Below are positions 13,501 through 25,693 of a stretch of DNA of 64,000 nt, one piece after another. Each line of letters opens with the position of its first letter. The stretch's first letter is position 1. The position numbers were made by a program, and so were the translations under genes. The notes under the pieces were generated by a model, which was not told the origin of the DNA, made no database searches, and worked only from the letters and a program-made list of their open reading frames with translations. The stretch lies in NCBI GenBank assembly GCA_000388065.2, contig KB932205.1. One strand, 5' to 3'. Origin of the DNA: Fonticula alba ATCC 38817. Taxonomy: Eukaryota; Protista; Nucleariida.

Positions 13501-16500
13501 TGTCGGCGACATTTCCCGTGCTGTGGGATTCGTCGTCGCCGAGGTCGCCGTCGGGTGTCCCTTCGTCGGCAAGCTCCTCATCGGTGAGCTCCTCGCCGGT
13601 GAGCTCCTCGCCGGTGAGCTCCTCGCCGGTGAGCTCCTCGCCGGTGAGCTCCTCGCCGGTGAGCTCTTCATCGGTCAGCTCCTCGCCGGTGAGCGTCTCG
13701 CCGGCGGACTCCTCATCGGTGAATACCTCATCGGTGAGCTCCCTGTCGGTAGGCTCCTCATCGACGGTCTCCTGCGCGAGGATCTCCTCATCGATGGTCT
13801 CCTCATCGCTGAACTCCCCGTTGGTGTGTTCCTGCTCGACGGTCTCCTGCTCCGAGATCTCCTGTTCGATGGCCTTCTGTTCGACGATCTCCTGCTCGGT
13901 GGTCTCCTCATCGGTAGGCTCCTCATGGACAGTCTCCTGCTCGAGGAGCTCCTCATCGGTGAGCTCCTGCTCGACGATCTGCTGCTCGACGATCTCCTCG
14001 TCCACGGTCTCCTCGTCCATGGTCTCCTTGTCGGTGGTGTCCTGCACGGCGATCGCCCGGTCGGTGAGCTCCTGCTCGGGAATCTCCTGCTGGGCAAGCA
14101 TCTGACCGGCAAGCTCATCCTCGGAGACCTTCTCCGCGCTGGGCTCCTCGTCAACGGACGACTGGTTGCATGGTCCCTTGCCGGCGAGAGTCCGCTCGGC
14201 AGGCACGCGATCCGCCGGCTGCAGGTCGATGGACTGCTGGTCGGTGGACTGCTGGTCGGTGGACTGCTGGTCGGTGGACTGCTGGTCGATGGGCTGCTGG
14301 TCGATGGGTTGCTGGTCGGTGGGCTCCCCGCTGGCAGATTGCTGGTCGACGGGCCGGTCATTGACAAGCATCTTGCCAACAAGCTCATGGCAGGAGAGCT
14401 CCTCGTCAATGGGCTGCTTGCCATCGCCAGCCTCCTCCGTGTGGTCCTGGTCGGTGGGCTCCTCGTCGGCGAGCTTGTCCTCGGAGCACGCCCCATGGGC
14501 AGCCCCTCCCATGCTGCTGGTCGGACATTCGCCAGGCTCTTGCCCGACAGGCTCCAAGTCGACTGGCTCCCCGGGGCAGGGCTTCCGGTCGGCGGCTTGC
14601 AGGGCGCTCGCCTTCACCGAGGCCGCAGGATGCACGGCCGGCTTTTTGGCCCGCGGCTTCTTGCCCACCGGGGTGCCAGGCTCCGGCTGCACATGGGTCG
14701 ACCGGGTGATGCTGAGCGGCTTCCCCGGAGCGAGGGCGCTGCGTTTGGGCGGGTCCTTGGGGCAGACCAGGCTCGGCGGCTTCTGGGTAGACACCAGGCA
14801 CCAGGGATTCGCCGGGTCCAGGCGGCAATGCTTTTCCAGGTAGAAGCGCAAGTCATCGGCATACTTCTTCTGCTGCAGATTGCCCATGGCCGTGAGCCCG
14901 GCATTGTAAACCCCCAGGCAGAAGAGGATCCCATCGCGGATGCCCTTGAAGTTGCGCTGCTTGCTCCACTGCTGGTTCAGGACATCGCGCTTGAGCATCA
15001 TCACCCCCGGGCCGCTGCACTGGGTCAGGTACCTTTCCAAGGGCAGGATGTCGTCGTGCCGGGCGCGCATGACCTGCAGCACCGGCAGCGGGATCTTGCC
15101 CCAATTGTTGTTCGGCCGATAGTGGAAGGACACCAGGTCCGTCGGCTTCGGAAGGGCGCCAAGCAGGTCGCGCAGGATCTCCACCGTCAGATGCCGGGTC
15201 CGCATCTTCTGGCGCCAGTTCTCGATGAAGCCCTTGCCATCCTGCGGCCAGGGCTTGTCCGGGTCGTCGTAGCAGGAGAGCGCCTGCTTGAAGTATCCGC
15301 TCAATACGTCGCTCGTCCGCCCGAGGCAATCTTTCACCAGGAACCACACGCGCCCATCCGGCGGGCCGAAGTCGCACCCCATGATCAGCGGCAGCCAGGC
15401 CAGCTGGACGGAGTCTGTCGCCGGATATGCGCCCCCCAACGCCCCGCCGTCCGCCCGGCCGCCGGGACCCAAAAAAAAAAAGACGCCACCAGCCGGAGCG
15501 GCCCCGGATCCCAGCCCCCGGGGGCGGTGGTGGTCATCAGGAGAAGAGCACGATGGAGGTTAGCTTTCCCGCAGGGACCATCGGCCTTCCGGCCGCCGCC
15601 CGACCCCCCCCCCCCCCCCCCCCCCCCNNNNNNNNNNCCCCCCCGGCCCCGGGCCCCGGGCTCCCGCGTGAAATGCCCGACGGCCACACATGCGCGGGAA
15701 TGCTCGGGCAGCGTACACTTGATGCCGAGGTGCTTCATCAAAAGCTGCTGGAAGATGGTCTCATGGCACCTGCCGGACTCGTCGCCCGGCAGGTTCTTGA
15801 ACTTCGGCCCGTGGTCCGCCAGCTGGAGAGTAAATTGCTTCTGGAAGAGGTAGGACATCTTCATCTGGCCGTAGCCATGAACCACGAAGTCCTTGTCGTT
15901 GCTGCGGTGTGGCCACCGAGCCCCCGGGGTCCGGGCGCCGGGCAGATCCAAAAAAAGGGGCAGGAGGGTCAGCGAGAGCCTGGTCCAGCGGCGCCCACGG
16001 CCCTGGCCGGTGGTGCCTGTGCCCTTGTCATGGACCGCCGGCCAGAGGCCACAAGGGTCCCCCCTCGGGGAAACATACCTCAGCACCGGCACATGGAAGT
16101 GCAAGCTCAACAGCGACAGCACGTCGTCCGCCTGGGAGAAGGACCCGATGAAGGCCAGGGTCTTGGGCTTCGCGCGGGCCATGGTGGCCAGGTGCCCCTG
16201 GGCAATGGCCCAGACATTGACGAACTCCACGCAATGGCTGAAGGGCAATGGCGTGCGGTAGTAGCGATTGTCCGGGTCCTCGGGCTTGGCCAGGCGCTTG
16301 CGCACAGGGCAGGACGGCCGGCAGCCGGCCTGCTCGCAGCAGTTGTTCCGGTGCATGGGAAGCTTCCTTGTCATGCAGTCAAGGCCGCACTTGCGCAGCG
16401 AACACTCCTCTTTGTGGTTCGTGCCTTGGAGGTGCAAGGCGGCTGCCTCGTAGTCCTGGTTGCTGTACTGCTCCAGGTAGTCGGTCAGGCGGTTGTTCAA

Positions 16501-17887
16501 GAACTGGGTCTTGGTTTCCTTGCGGTTCTTGGTGGTGGCGTCCTTCTTGAGGGGCTTCAGCCCGTCCATCACGAAAACCGGGTACCACTGGACGTCACAA
16601 GGTCATGGGTGCATGCGTGTAGCATGAGGCGTGCATGTGTGCGTGCGTGTCGATGTGGTGGCGGTGGGGGGAGGGCGGGGGGGGCAGGGACAAGCGAGGG
16701 TTAGGGCTCCTGCCGCATCACGGCCCGTCGCAGTGTGGCCGCCAACTCGGGCGCACCTTGTTCCGAGCCAGCCAGTCGACCAGCGCGTCGAGGTAGTGCG
16801 TGACCAAGTGCGAGTCGTAGCCGATGCTCCGGCGCTGGTCGAGATAGAGGAAGCTCGACAGGATCATCTCGTAGAGCATGTTGTTCAGATCCACCGGTAG
16901 GACGGTGGGGCCGTTTTTGTTCGACTGCTTGAAGTGCAAATACTGGAAGGGATCCGTGATGGACTCCGAGGTGGCGGCGGGCCGCCATTTGGCTTGGGGC
17001 TTTGTCCGGCTGGGGCTCGGCTTGGCCGGGTCACCGGCGTCGAGGCCTTCCGCCGGGGCCTGCTCCACGCCCTCGGGGTCGGTGTCCTCCGTGCTGTCAG
17101 TGCTGTCAGTGCTTTCGGGGAGATCGGCGCTGTCGGCATCCTCACGGTCAGTGTCCTCGATGGCTTCGGGATACTCCTCATCATCGCTCATGTCGATGTC
17201 CTCAGTGGCCAAGTCCTCAGTGGCCAAGTCCTCAGGCAGCATGTCCTCGGGCAGCATGTCCTCGGGCAGCATGTCCTCGGGCAGCATGTCCTCGGGCAGC
17301 ATGTCCTCGGACAGCGAGTGCTCAGGATAGGAGTCCTCCATGTCGGAGTCCTCGATATCCATATCGCCGAGCCCCGAGTCGTCGGAGTGCAAGCCTTCGG
17401 CGTAAGGGCAGGCGGGATAAAGGTCGCCGTGGTCATCTGCCGCGTCTTCGTGGACATCATCCCCCTCCTCGTCCTCGTCCTCGGCGTCATCATCATCGGG
17501 GTCGGAGCTGAAAGGACCCAGGATCGGGTTGTCCATGCTGAACTCGTCGCTCAGCAAATCATCCCCCGGCAAGTCACTCGGAGCCAGCCTGGCAACTCGC
17601 ATGCCGAAGTGGCTGGCGCAGAAGCCGTCACTATGCTCATCGTCGTCATCACTCACATCGTAGTCGTGGTCGAGGCCGCGGTCTTGGTCATCATCGTCCT
17701 CGTCCTTGGGGCTGTCATGGTCCTCGGTGCCGCCCTCGTCATCGCCCTCGGAGGCAATGTCGCCAGAGGTCGAGGCACTGGAGGGGCACTCTTCGCCGGA
17801 GGTCGCCTGGTCGGCGGCCTTTGGCTTGGCCAACCTCTTCTTCGAGGCCCGGCTCTTGAGGTGGCTGGGTAGCATAAAAATGCCCAT
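10567..17887 (-). CDS. XPG/FEN1-superfamily (Asteroid-like) nuclease, array copy 3 (~2200 aa, very large low-complexity inserts)
   Basis: Exons 17887-16757, 16587-16079, 15901-15717, 15414-10567. The last exon spans the N gap at 10930-10979, where the apparent frame change is attributable to gap sizing. Motifs MGIFML, LPVD, FVMDG..PLKK, GSFSQADD, SNDKDF, LIMGCDF. Confidence 0.78.
10827..11350. repeat. Coding Q/E/P-rich tandem repeats (9- and 12-nt units; QEQQ, QEP/QEL, PK) in copy 3
   Basis: Visible arrays of ctgctcctgttg, ctcctgcgg/ctcctgcag and ggcttc; contains gap 10930-10979. Confidence 0.95.
13572..13700. repeat. Coding 15-nt tandem repeat (EELTG/EELTD) in copy 3
   Basis: gagctcctcgccggt repeated; degenerate units continue to about 14.1 kb, and QQSTD units follow near 14.23-14.32 kb. 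Confidence 0.95.
17203..17311. repeat. Coding 15-nt tandem repeat (EDMLP x5, EDLAT x2) in exon 1 of copy 3
   Basis: gcagcatgtcctcgg repeated directly in the sequence. Confidence 0.95.
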
Positions 17888-18441
17888 GGTTCAAGAGAGA
17901 GAGAGAGAGAAGGGGGGGAGGAGGGGAGGCCTGACAAGTGAATATGCAAGCAACCCAGGGGGAAAGGAAAGGGGAGGTAGGTATGCAAGAAATTGCAAAG
18001 CACATGGCGCTTTCTCCTTCCCGGCGAAGAGCCACCCTCCCACGCCTTTTATCCTTCCCCCGGGAGCGGACATGGGCGAGGCCCTCGGGCCACGAAAGTA
18101 GCTCCACTACCCGGAAAGCAGGCCGACATGCCAGGGGGGGGGGGGGGGGCAGCACGCGATCGGGAACCTATGGCAGCATATTGAGCGGGTGGGGCGGACA
18201 CGAAGGCAAGGCCGCTTTGCGCGCGCGCGCACGCATGTAGACGCACACGCACACGCACACGCACACGCACACGCGCACGAATACATACACACATACACAC
18301 ACACACACACAATCAGATCCCAGCACCCAGTATACTCACCCAGAAGGTGTGACCATGGGCGGCAGGCCTACCCGATGAAAATGCCCAAGAAGAGGGCGCA
18401 GATACAGGGACAGGGCGCAGATGCAGAAAGAGCCACAGCGG

Positions 18442-18542
18442 CGAGGTGGTGTGTCCGAGGTGAGACACATCTCCACGGCCGTTCAGGCAAGCAGGGGCCC
18501 GGGCACGGAGCCCGCCCGACCAATCCTCAGAAGATGCCTGTT
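18442..18542. repeat. 101-bp dispersed repeat, copy A (intergenic)
   Basis: Matches 20558-20658 at 99/101 positions (ac at 18505-18506 versus gg at 20621-20622). Confidence 0.9.
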
Positions 18543-19357
18543 GAAGAGTGAGCCGACATATGGTTGTGGGGAAAGAACCACTCCCAGGTACTCCCAACAA
18601 TCCGCCGGTCAGACCCCCCCCCCCACCCCCCCCCCCGGCACGGACACAGACACGGGCACACGCGCTTGCACTCAGACCTGGCCGTTTGACAGGCAGTCCA
18701 GGCCTGGCCCCCGAACGGCTGACCGACCCAACTTAATGCGAGACCGTGTCCTCAGGCACTCGCCCCCGAGCACCGGGGTACCCCTTATCTTGGACACCTG
18801 GGTCACAATGCAGGGGCGAGGTCCTCCATAGCTTGGGGCAGCCTGTTCGCCTGGTCGTAGGTCCCGAAGGGGGGTTGGAGCCGGGGAAATTCCAACGCAC
18901 CTCCCTCCAGGGCAAGCACGCCCCGCAAGGCCGGGCACCCCGGGGAGCAACGGCATCGTGTGGTTTCCCCGTCCTTCATCTGCAAGATCCGGCTTTCCGC
19001 CCGGTTGTGCGCGGTGTGTTCGTGCCTCGGAGGGGAACGAAGGGGCGCGGGGCGGAATTGACAGCGCGGGGGGGAAAAAACAAAAACAAAAAAAAACAAC
19101 AACAACAATAACATAGAACCTGGGAAATGCATTTGACAGGCCCCGCGCCCCATTCACGCGAGATGGCGAGATGTCTCAGTCTCGCCGGGGCCGCGGCCCA
19201 AATGGTGGGGGTCTGCCATCTTCGGCGCCTCCGTCTCGGTTAAATATACAGTTAATGCGCCCCACATGTCGCTGTCGGCACGACATGCCCCTGCAAGTGT
19301 GAATGCGGATATTCATGCCTCCATCGGAGTACATCAATATATATATAAATATATATA

Positions 19358-19404
<47 letters not shown>

Positions 19405-20166
19405 ATGCCGGGCACGCACACCAGCGTGTGTGGGGATCTGGCCGCCGGTCGGTCGGCCTCCGTGTTTGTCGGGCCGGAGCCGGGCGCGGGCCAGGCTGGG
19501 CGACGGGCAGTGGGCCTGCATGCGCCAGCAGGCGCATGCTGTGCGGGTGATTGGTGTGGGTGTGTGTGCTTTGGCGCGCCGGCGGGTCCCTCTGGCCGAG
19601 GCAGCCTGGTGCTGTGCGGTCCGAGCGCATGTTGCCCGTGATAGGGTGGTCTTTTCGCGCCTCGGGGCCCCCGACGATGGGCATAATGGGCCCAGGAGCA
19701 GGGGAGCCGGCCCCGCGAGGGGAGGCGCTCTAGTCCTCGCCGGACGCCTGACCGCCCCCCCCCCCCCCCATGGCCCAAGGGGAGGCCCCATGCCAGGGGC
19801 AGTCCGTCTGCTCGAAGCGACTGGGGACCCCGACGGGGCAGGCCATTGTCCGGCCGGCAGGGGGAAGCCACCAAGGGTGCGAGGGGGAGGCATGCGCGTC
19901 GAGCGGATCGACCGGGCCCGGCACATCGGCCCTCCCATCGACAAGGGGGCGCCCGGATGGCAAAGAAGTAGCAAGCTCGAATTGTCGATGTATTCCGCCG
20001 GGTGCCGCAGCCTGGCGGGAAGACATGCATGCGCTTGGAATGTGCGAGGCCCGGCCGGAAGTCAAGGGGACGGCCGCGTGGGGGCCCGGAAAGCGCGGGC
20101 ACCCGTGGCGGGGGGGGGGGGGGGGGGGGGGGGGCGCGGCGTGGCCCTCCGCCAGGCGGCCGGCGA

Positions 20167-23100
20167 TCACAGCCGAGTCCGCTGCAGGAGGTCATACAGG
20201 TGGTTTGCGACCACCGACGAGGTGGGGGGCAGCCGGCCGTGGTCGTCACGAGGCCCGGCCTCCGCATGGGGGAAGGCCGCCTTGAAGCCGCGCCGGTACT
20301 GGCTGAGAAGGGCCAGCCGCCGGCCATACAAGACCGAGTGCAGATCCAGCCACGAGCAGAGCGTGGCCAGCTCCAGCGAGAAGGCCGTCAGCCTCTCCGG
20401 CGAGGGGGCCTCCGGCGGGGCCCGGTCCTCCGGCGGGCCCGGCCGCGGCGGGACCACCTCCCCGGACGCCTTGGTCTTCATCTGGATCAGGCACCAGTCC
20501 AGGACGCTGTGGGCGAAGGCCACGAAGGAGCCCCGGTCGCCGGCATCCTTCGGGACCCGAGGTGGTGTGTCCGAGGTGAGACACATCTCCACGGCCGTTC
20601 AGGCAAGCAGGGGCCCGGGCGGGGAGCCCGCCCGACCAATCCTCAGAAGATGCCTGTTNNNNNNNNNNNNNNNNNNNNNNNNNNNNNNNNNNNNNNNNNN
20701 NNNNNNNNNNNNNNNNNNNNNNNNNNNNNNNNNNNNNCGGACGCCTTGGTCTTCATCTGGATCAGGCACCAGTCCAGGACGCTGTGGGCGAAGGCCACGA
20801 AGGAGCCCCGGTCGCCGGCATCCTTCGGGACCAGGGCCGCCAGCGAGTGGTAATTGATGTCCCGCGGCAGGTTGAGGCTCTGGATGGCGGCCTTGACCAC
20901 GGGCCGGGTGGCGAAGCTGCACAGGCCCAGCAGGGTGTCGAAGACCCCCTTGAAGTCGTGCTGCTGGAAGTTGGTGGCCGGCGGCCGGCTGGCCAGGAGG
21001 ATGGTGGCCAGCAGCACCCGGTCGAAGCCGCGGTCCTGGTCCCCCTGCAGGGCGCTGTCCACCACGTGCAGCAGGTGGCCAATTTCCCCGTCCAGGAACT
21101 TGTCAAGCCGATACTCAAATGCCTTGGCCGTGGCCAGGTCCCGGGTCCAGTCCACCTGGGCCAGGGGGTGGTTCTCGATGGCCCGGCGGAAGAGGATGTC
21201 ATTGGGCTTGCCCAGCGGCCCGGCGGCCAGCATGGTGTACATGAGCAGGCGCGCGTGGCGCAGCCGGGCCCAGACGGTTTCCCCGCCCCACGGCCAGGGA
21301 TCCACCTGCGGCAGGGGCGGCATGCTGGCCAGCCGGGTGGCCTGGTTGTTGTGGAGGTCCTTCTTGAAGATGTGGACCACCTCGGGGATCCAGGGCCCGC
21401 GGGTTTTGGCGTAGGCCATGCACAGCCCCTGGACCAGGAGCGGCGAGTGGAAGGGCTCCAGCAGCAGGCCCTGAAGCAGGTAGGCGCCATATTGGCAGCG
21501 GCATGCCGGGGGGGCGGTGCCCGGCCCGGCGGCCGAGCCCTCCTCCGCGTGGCTTTCGCCATCCGGGCCGCGGGCCGGGGGGGCCGCCGCGCGGGCCTCG
21601 CGGCCGGCCGGCTGCCCCGGGCGAGCCGGCTGGCCCGGCTGCTGGGGCTCGCGCGGCCCGGCCAGCGGCGAGCTTTTCCAATTCCACGGCGTGCTCGGCG
21701 GCGGGCTGCTGGCATACAGGCACCAGGGGTTCCCGGCGAGGAGCTGGCACTCGGCATCCAGGAACCGATGCAAGCTGTCGGCGAAGTTCCGCTGGCAGTA
21801 AAGATGCATCTGGGGCTTGGACCCGGCGTTGCACACCCCCAGGCAAAAGACAATCCCATCGCGGATGTGCTTGAACTCCAGCCGGCCCCTGGGCCGCCAG
21901 TAGTACCCATAGCGCCGGAGGAGCAGGGCCCCCGGGCCGCTGCTCCGGCGCAAGGCCCCCTCCAGGGGCGACAGCAGGGCCTTGTTGTCGTGCATGGCCT
22001 TCCTCATGTCGGGCTGCAGCCCCGGCAGGTCCCTGCCCGGGTCGCACAGGAAGTCCAGCAGGTCCCCCGGGGCCGGCAGCACGCGGAGCAGGTCCCGGAC
22101 TACCGCCAGCGAGCTGGTGGCCTCCCGGAAGGTGCGGCACCAGTCGTGCCGGAAGCCGGACGCCCCCTTGGGCCATGGGCGCGCCGGGTCGTCGTAGCAC
22201 TCGGACACCCGCTCGAAGTACCGGCGCACCTGGTGGTCCTCCTCCGGGAAGAAGCTCTTCACGAGCGTCCAGAGCCGGCCATCGGGCGGCCCGTGGTCCC
22301 CGCCCATGATCAGGGGCAGCCAGGCCATTTGGCTGGAGTCTGTCGAGAGGCGGTGTTGTGAAGGGGTTGTGAAGGTGATGTGAAGGTGTTGTGAAGGTGT
22401 TGTGAAGGTGTTGTGAAGGTGTTGTGAAGATGTGTGGAGGTGTTTGAATGTGTGGAGGTGTTTGAATGTGTGGAGGTGTGAATGTGTGCGCGTGTGCGCG
22501 TGTGCGCATGTGTGCGCATGTGCGCGTGTGCGCATGTGTGCGCATGTGCGCATATACACATGAGGGCGTGCGAATGTCCGGGCAGGGAACAGTGCGGACG
22601 AGGATACCGATCAGCCGTCGGAACCCGGGCCCGGGGGGAAGCTTGTCAGTCGGGGCTCACTTCGAGGAACAAACCGGCGGGCGGGGCCGCTCTCGGGCCA
22701 AAAGCACGAAAGGACTGGCAAGGCCACCTGGGCCGCCCGGGGCATCGGCGCACGGCCGCCGGCCAGCCCAAGCAACGCACATTGCACTCCCAGGATGCTC
22801 TTCAAGGTGCGCGAGTGGAGGGTCTTGTTGCGCATGACCCGCGAGATCGCAGGCCGCGTGGCGGCGCATGGCACATCGGCCGAGAGCCCCGGCTCCTCCT
22901 CCACCACGGGCACCCTGCCGGCGGAGGGGCCCTTCTCGCCCAAAAGGAGGAACTTCGGCGAGCCGGCCTCATCCACAAGGCGGAATTGCCGCCGAAAGAG
23001 GGACGAGGGCTTCATCTGGCCGAAGCCGAACACCGCGAAGTCCAGGTCATTGCTGAAGCGCCCCGTTGCCACGCGGGACCCATTCGTCGGCGCCGGTGGG

Positions 23101-24353
23101 CGCGGTCGTGCGGACGGCGCGCGCCAGCACCGCCATCCAGGGCAACATGCGAGGGTCAGCACTTTGGAGCAGGGCAGCTTCGCCTCGCCCGCCCGCTGTC
23201 CGCCTGCCAGGCGTAGACTCCCCCCCCCCCCTCTCTCTCTCTCTCACACACACACACACCCACGCACGCACGCGCGCGCGCGTACCTCACCACCGGCACA
23301 CTGAAGTGCATGCTCAGCAGGGAGAGCACATCGTCGGCCTCCGTGTGCGACCCGATGAAGGCCAGGCGCTGGGGGTGCTCGCGGGCCAGGGCCGCCAGAT
23401 GCGCCTGGGCAATGGTCCAGACATTGATGAAGTCCACGCTGTGGGTGAAGGGCGCGGCGACCGAGTAAAAGTGCCCAGCCGGATCGGTGGGCTTCTCCGA
23501 GTCCCGGCGGATCCGGCACTCCTCCGAGCAGCCCGCCTCCTCGGAGCAATCTTCCTCGTGCCGGCGCTGCATGATGGCCGGGCAGTCATCCTGGCATACG
23601 AACGGGGCGCAGCCGTCCAGGTGCTCGGTGCCTCTCAAATGCCGGAGGGCCTCGGCATGCTGGCCGGCGTCCAGCAAGTCCAGGTACTGGGTCAGCCTGA
23701 CATTGAGGATCTTGCTCTTCTTCTCCTTGCGGTCCTTGGTGGTGACCACCTTCCTGGAGGGCTTCAGGCCGTCCGTCACAAACACCGCGTAGCACTGCGC
23801 GCGTGGGGGGGGGGGCGTCCGCATGCGCAAGGTTTGCGAACAGTGGGGCCGGAGTGCCGGGATCATGGACGCCGGGCCGCCGTCAAGGGAGACACCCGGC
23901 GCCCGGCGGCACGAGGGGGGGGGGGGGGGGGAGAGCGCATCCCGGGTCAGTTCCGCGGCCGGAAGGAGGGCCACATGCCGCAGGGCGCGCCGCGAACAAG
24001 CCCGAGAGTACCTTTCGCTGGGACAGCCATTCCACCAATGCGTCCAGGAAGGGCACCACCAACGCCGAGTCATAGCCGATGCTGCGGCGTTGGCCGACGA
24101 AAAGGAACGTCGAGAGGACCATCTCATACAGGAAGTTGCTCAAGTCCACCGGCAGCACCAGGATGGACACGTCCTCCGGGATGTGGAAGAACCGGTAGTT
24201 GGAGTACTTGATGTCGCTGGGGCCGGGGTCCGGGCCGGGCCCGGGCCTGGGGCCCTCGGGGCCGGCGCCCCCCTCGCCGGCCGGCGCCCTCAGGCTCTCG
24301 CGCATGGCGTACTGGTACTGGGACAGGAGTGTCTGGAGTTTGTAGATGCCCAT
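20167..24353 (-). CDS. XPG/FEN1-superfamily (Asteroid-like) nuclease, array copy 4 (~1006 aa); 3' exon broken by a gap, a duplication and an inserted repeat
   Basis: Exons 24353-24012, 23794-23286, 23052-22781, then 22339-20738 continuing at 20462-20167. Collapsing the 95-bp duplication gives 3021 nt in frame. Motifs MGIYKL, LPVD, FVTDG, SHTEADD, SNDLDF, LIMGGDH. Confidence 0.78.
20558..20658. repeat. 101-bp dispersed repeat, copy B, abutting gap 20659-20737 inside the last exon of nuclease copy 4
   Basis: cgaggtggtgtgtccgaggtgagacac...aagatgcctgtt. Flanked by a 95-bp direct duplication of coding sequence (20463-20557 = 20738-20832). Confidence 0.9.
22352..22560. repeat. Compound intronic minisatellite (11-nt ggtgttgtgaa x7, an 18-nt unit, then gtgtgcgcat units) next to the last acceptor of copy 4
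   Basis: Seen directly in the sequence. Confidence 0.92.
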
Positions 24354-25165
24354 GCTGGCTGTGTGCGTGTGTGTGTGTGTGATACCCTATTAGCTCGCGA
24401 GGGAAGGTTGCAGGCGAACAGGCAGGCGAAAGAGGCAACGGATGCGACAAAGGAGGGGAAATAATGGGAGCAGCCGCCCGAGCGGCGCTCCACCCGGCGG
24501 GCCGGCCCAACAACCCTCCCCCGGCTGCCGGTGCCGGTATCCAGGTCCGAGGATGCGGCGGACAATGGCCCCAAGTGGCAGGCCCTACGGCCGGCGGGTG
24601 CACTGTGCCGCCTCCTGCCTGCGGTTGCCTCCTCGCTCGGCTCCGGCACACTGGGCGCCTCGGGGCGCCACTTCGAGAGTCGCCCGCCCGCCGGCCCTCC
24701 GCCGGATGCCAAGGGGCGGCTGGCAGTCCCTCGGCCGGCCGATCTGCGGCGCAGCCCGGGCGCCCCCCTCCGCCGCCTCCCCGCCGGCGCGCCCCTCGCC
24801 CTCCCCCCCGCCCCTTGGCCTCGTTGGGTGGAGGGCGCGTCGCGGCTGCCGGCGGAGGGATCCAGACACTGGTGGCCGGCACCGGGCCTCCTGTCGCCGG
24901 CTCCGGGCCAATGACCCAGGCAGGAGGGCCGGCTGGCAGATTCTTCGAATGCCCTCATCGGATGGTCGGCCCCCGGGCCGGCTTCCCGGGCTTCAATGCG
25001 CGGCAGCACGCCCGCCGCAGGCATCCTTCCCGCGCAGCAGGCCGACCGGCGGACTGTCGCGAATGCCATCTTGGCGATCCGGCACGGGTGGGACAGCCAG
25101 GGGACATGCTGAGAGGGTGGTCGAAAAAAGACAGGCATCCTCCTCCCCCCACGGGGGTCGCCATT

Positions 25166-25167
<2 letters not shown>

Positions 25168-25256
<89 letters not shown>
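25168..25256. repeat. Compound microsatellite (GT)n-(AG)n
   Basis: Seen directly. Similar (GT)n tracts occur near 7.77, 8.24, 19.36 and 44.13 kb. Confidence 0.95.
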
Positions 25257-25259
<3 letters not shown>

Positions 25260-25693
25260 GCTCCTGCAGGAGGCTGGGGTTCGCCCCTTCCCGCCTGAGG
25301 TGCGGAGAGGGGACGAGGACCGGGGGGCGTTTTCGGAACCGAGGGCGCGCTTTCCCACCCCCTGGGCCCCGTTGTGGCCCCGTGTCATGATGGGTCTCAA
25401 TCGATCCGCCCCGGGGGCGCGCGAGGTCCGCGGCCACAAACAAGCATACTGCCAACTCGCATCGTGTGTGCCCCCCGCCCGCGCCGCGTGAGTTAATGGT
25501 CTCAGTTTAATCCGCGTCTCGCGCTTTCCGGAGGCCGGTCGGGGGCCGCCCGTGCGTTTTGGCGCTTGTGTGTATTTTTTCTTTGTGCGTGTGCGTGTGT
25601 GTGTGTGTGTGTGCTCTTCCTTGACCATGTGGATGGATGAGCAGTACACATCCGGGCCCAGGCTGGGCCCCGGCGCCCGGTGGCACCCGGTGC

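Noticed and set aside
10827-14320. Regularly spaced direct repeats resembling a CRISPR array
   Set aside because: Units are multiples of 3, in frame within a coding exon, with no unique spacers and no cas genes; the context is eukaryotic.
11741-15853. 1370-aa plus-strand ORF, and similar long antisense ORFs (e.g. 20784-22361, 25637-27961, 30863-32470, 36316-38061, 51798-53780, 59795-61543)
   Set aside because: These are shadows of real opposite-strand genes; GC-rich codon usage suppresses antisense stops, and they contain no family motifs.
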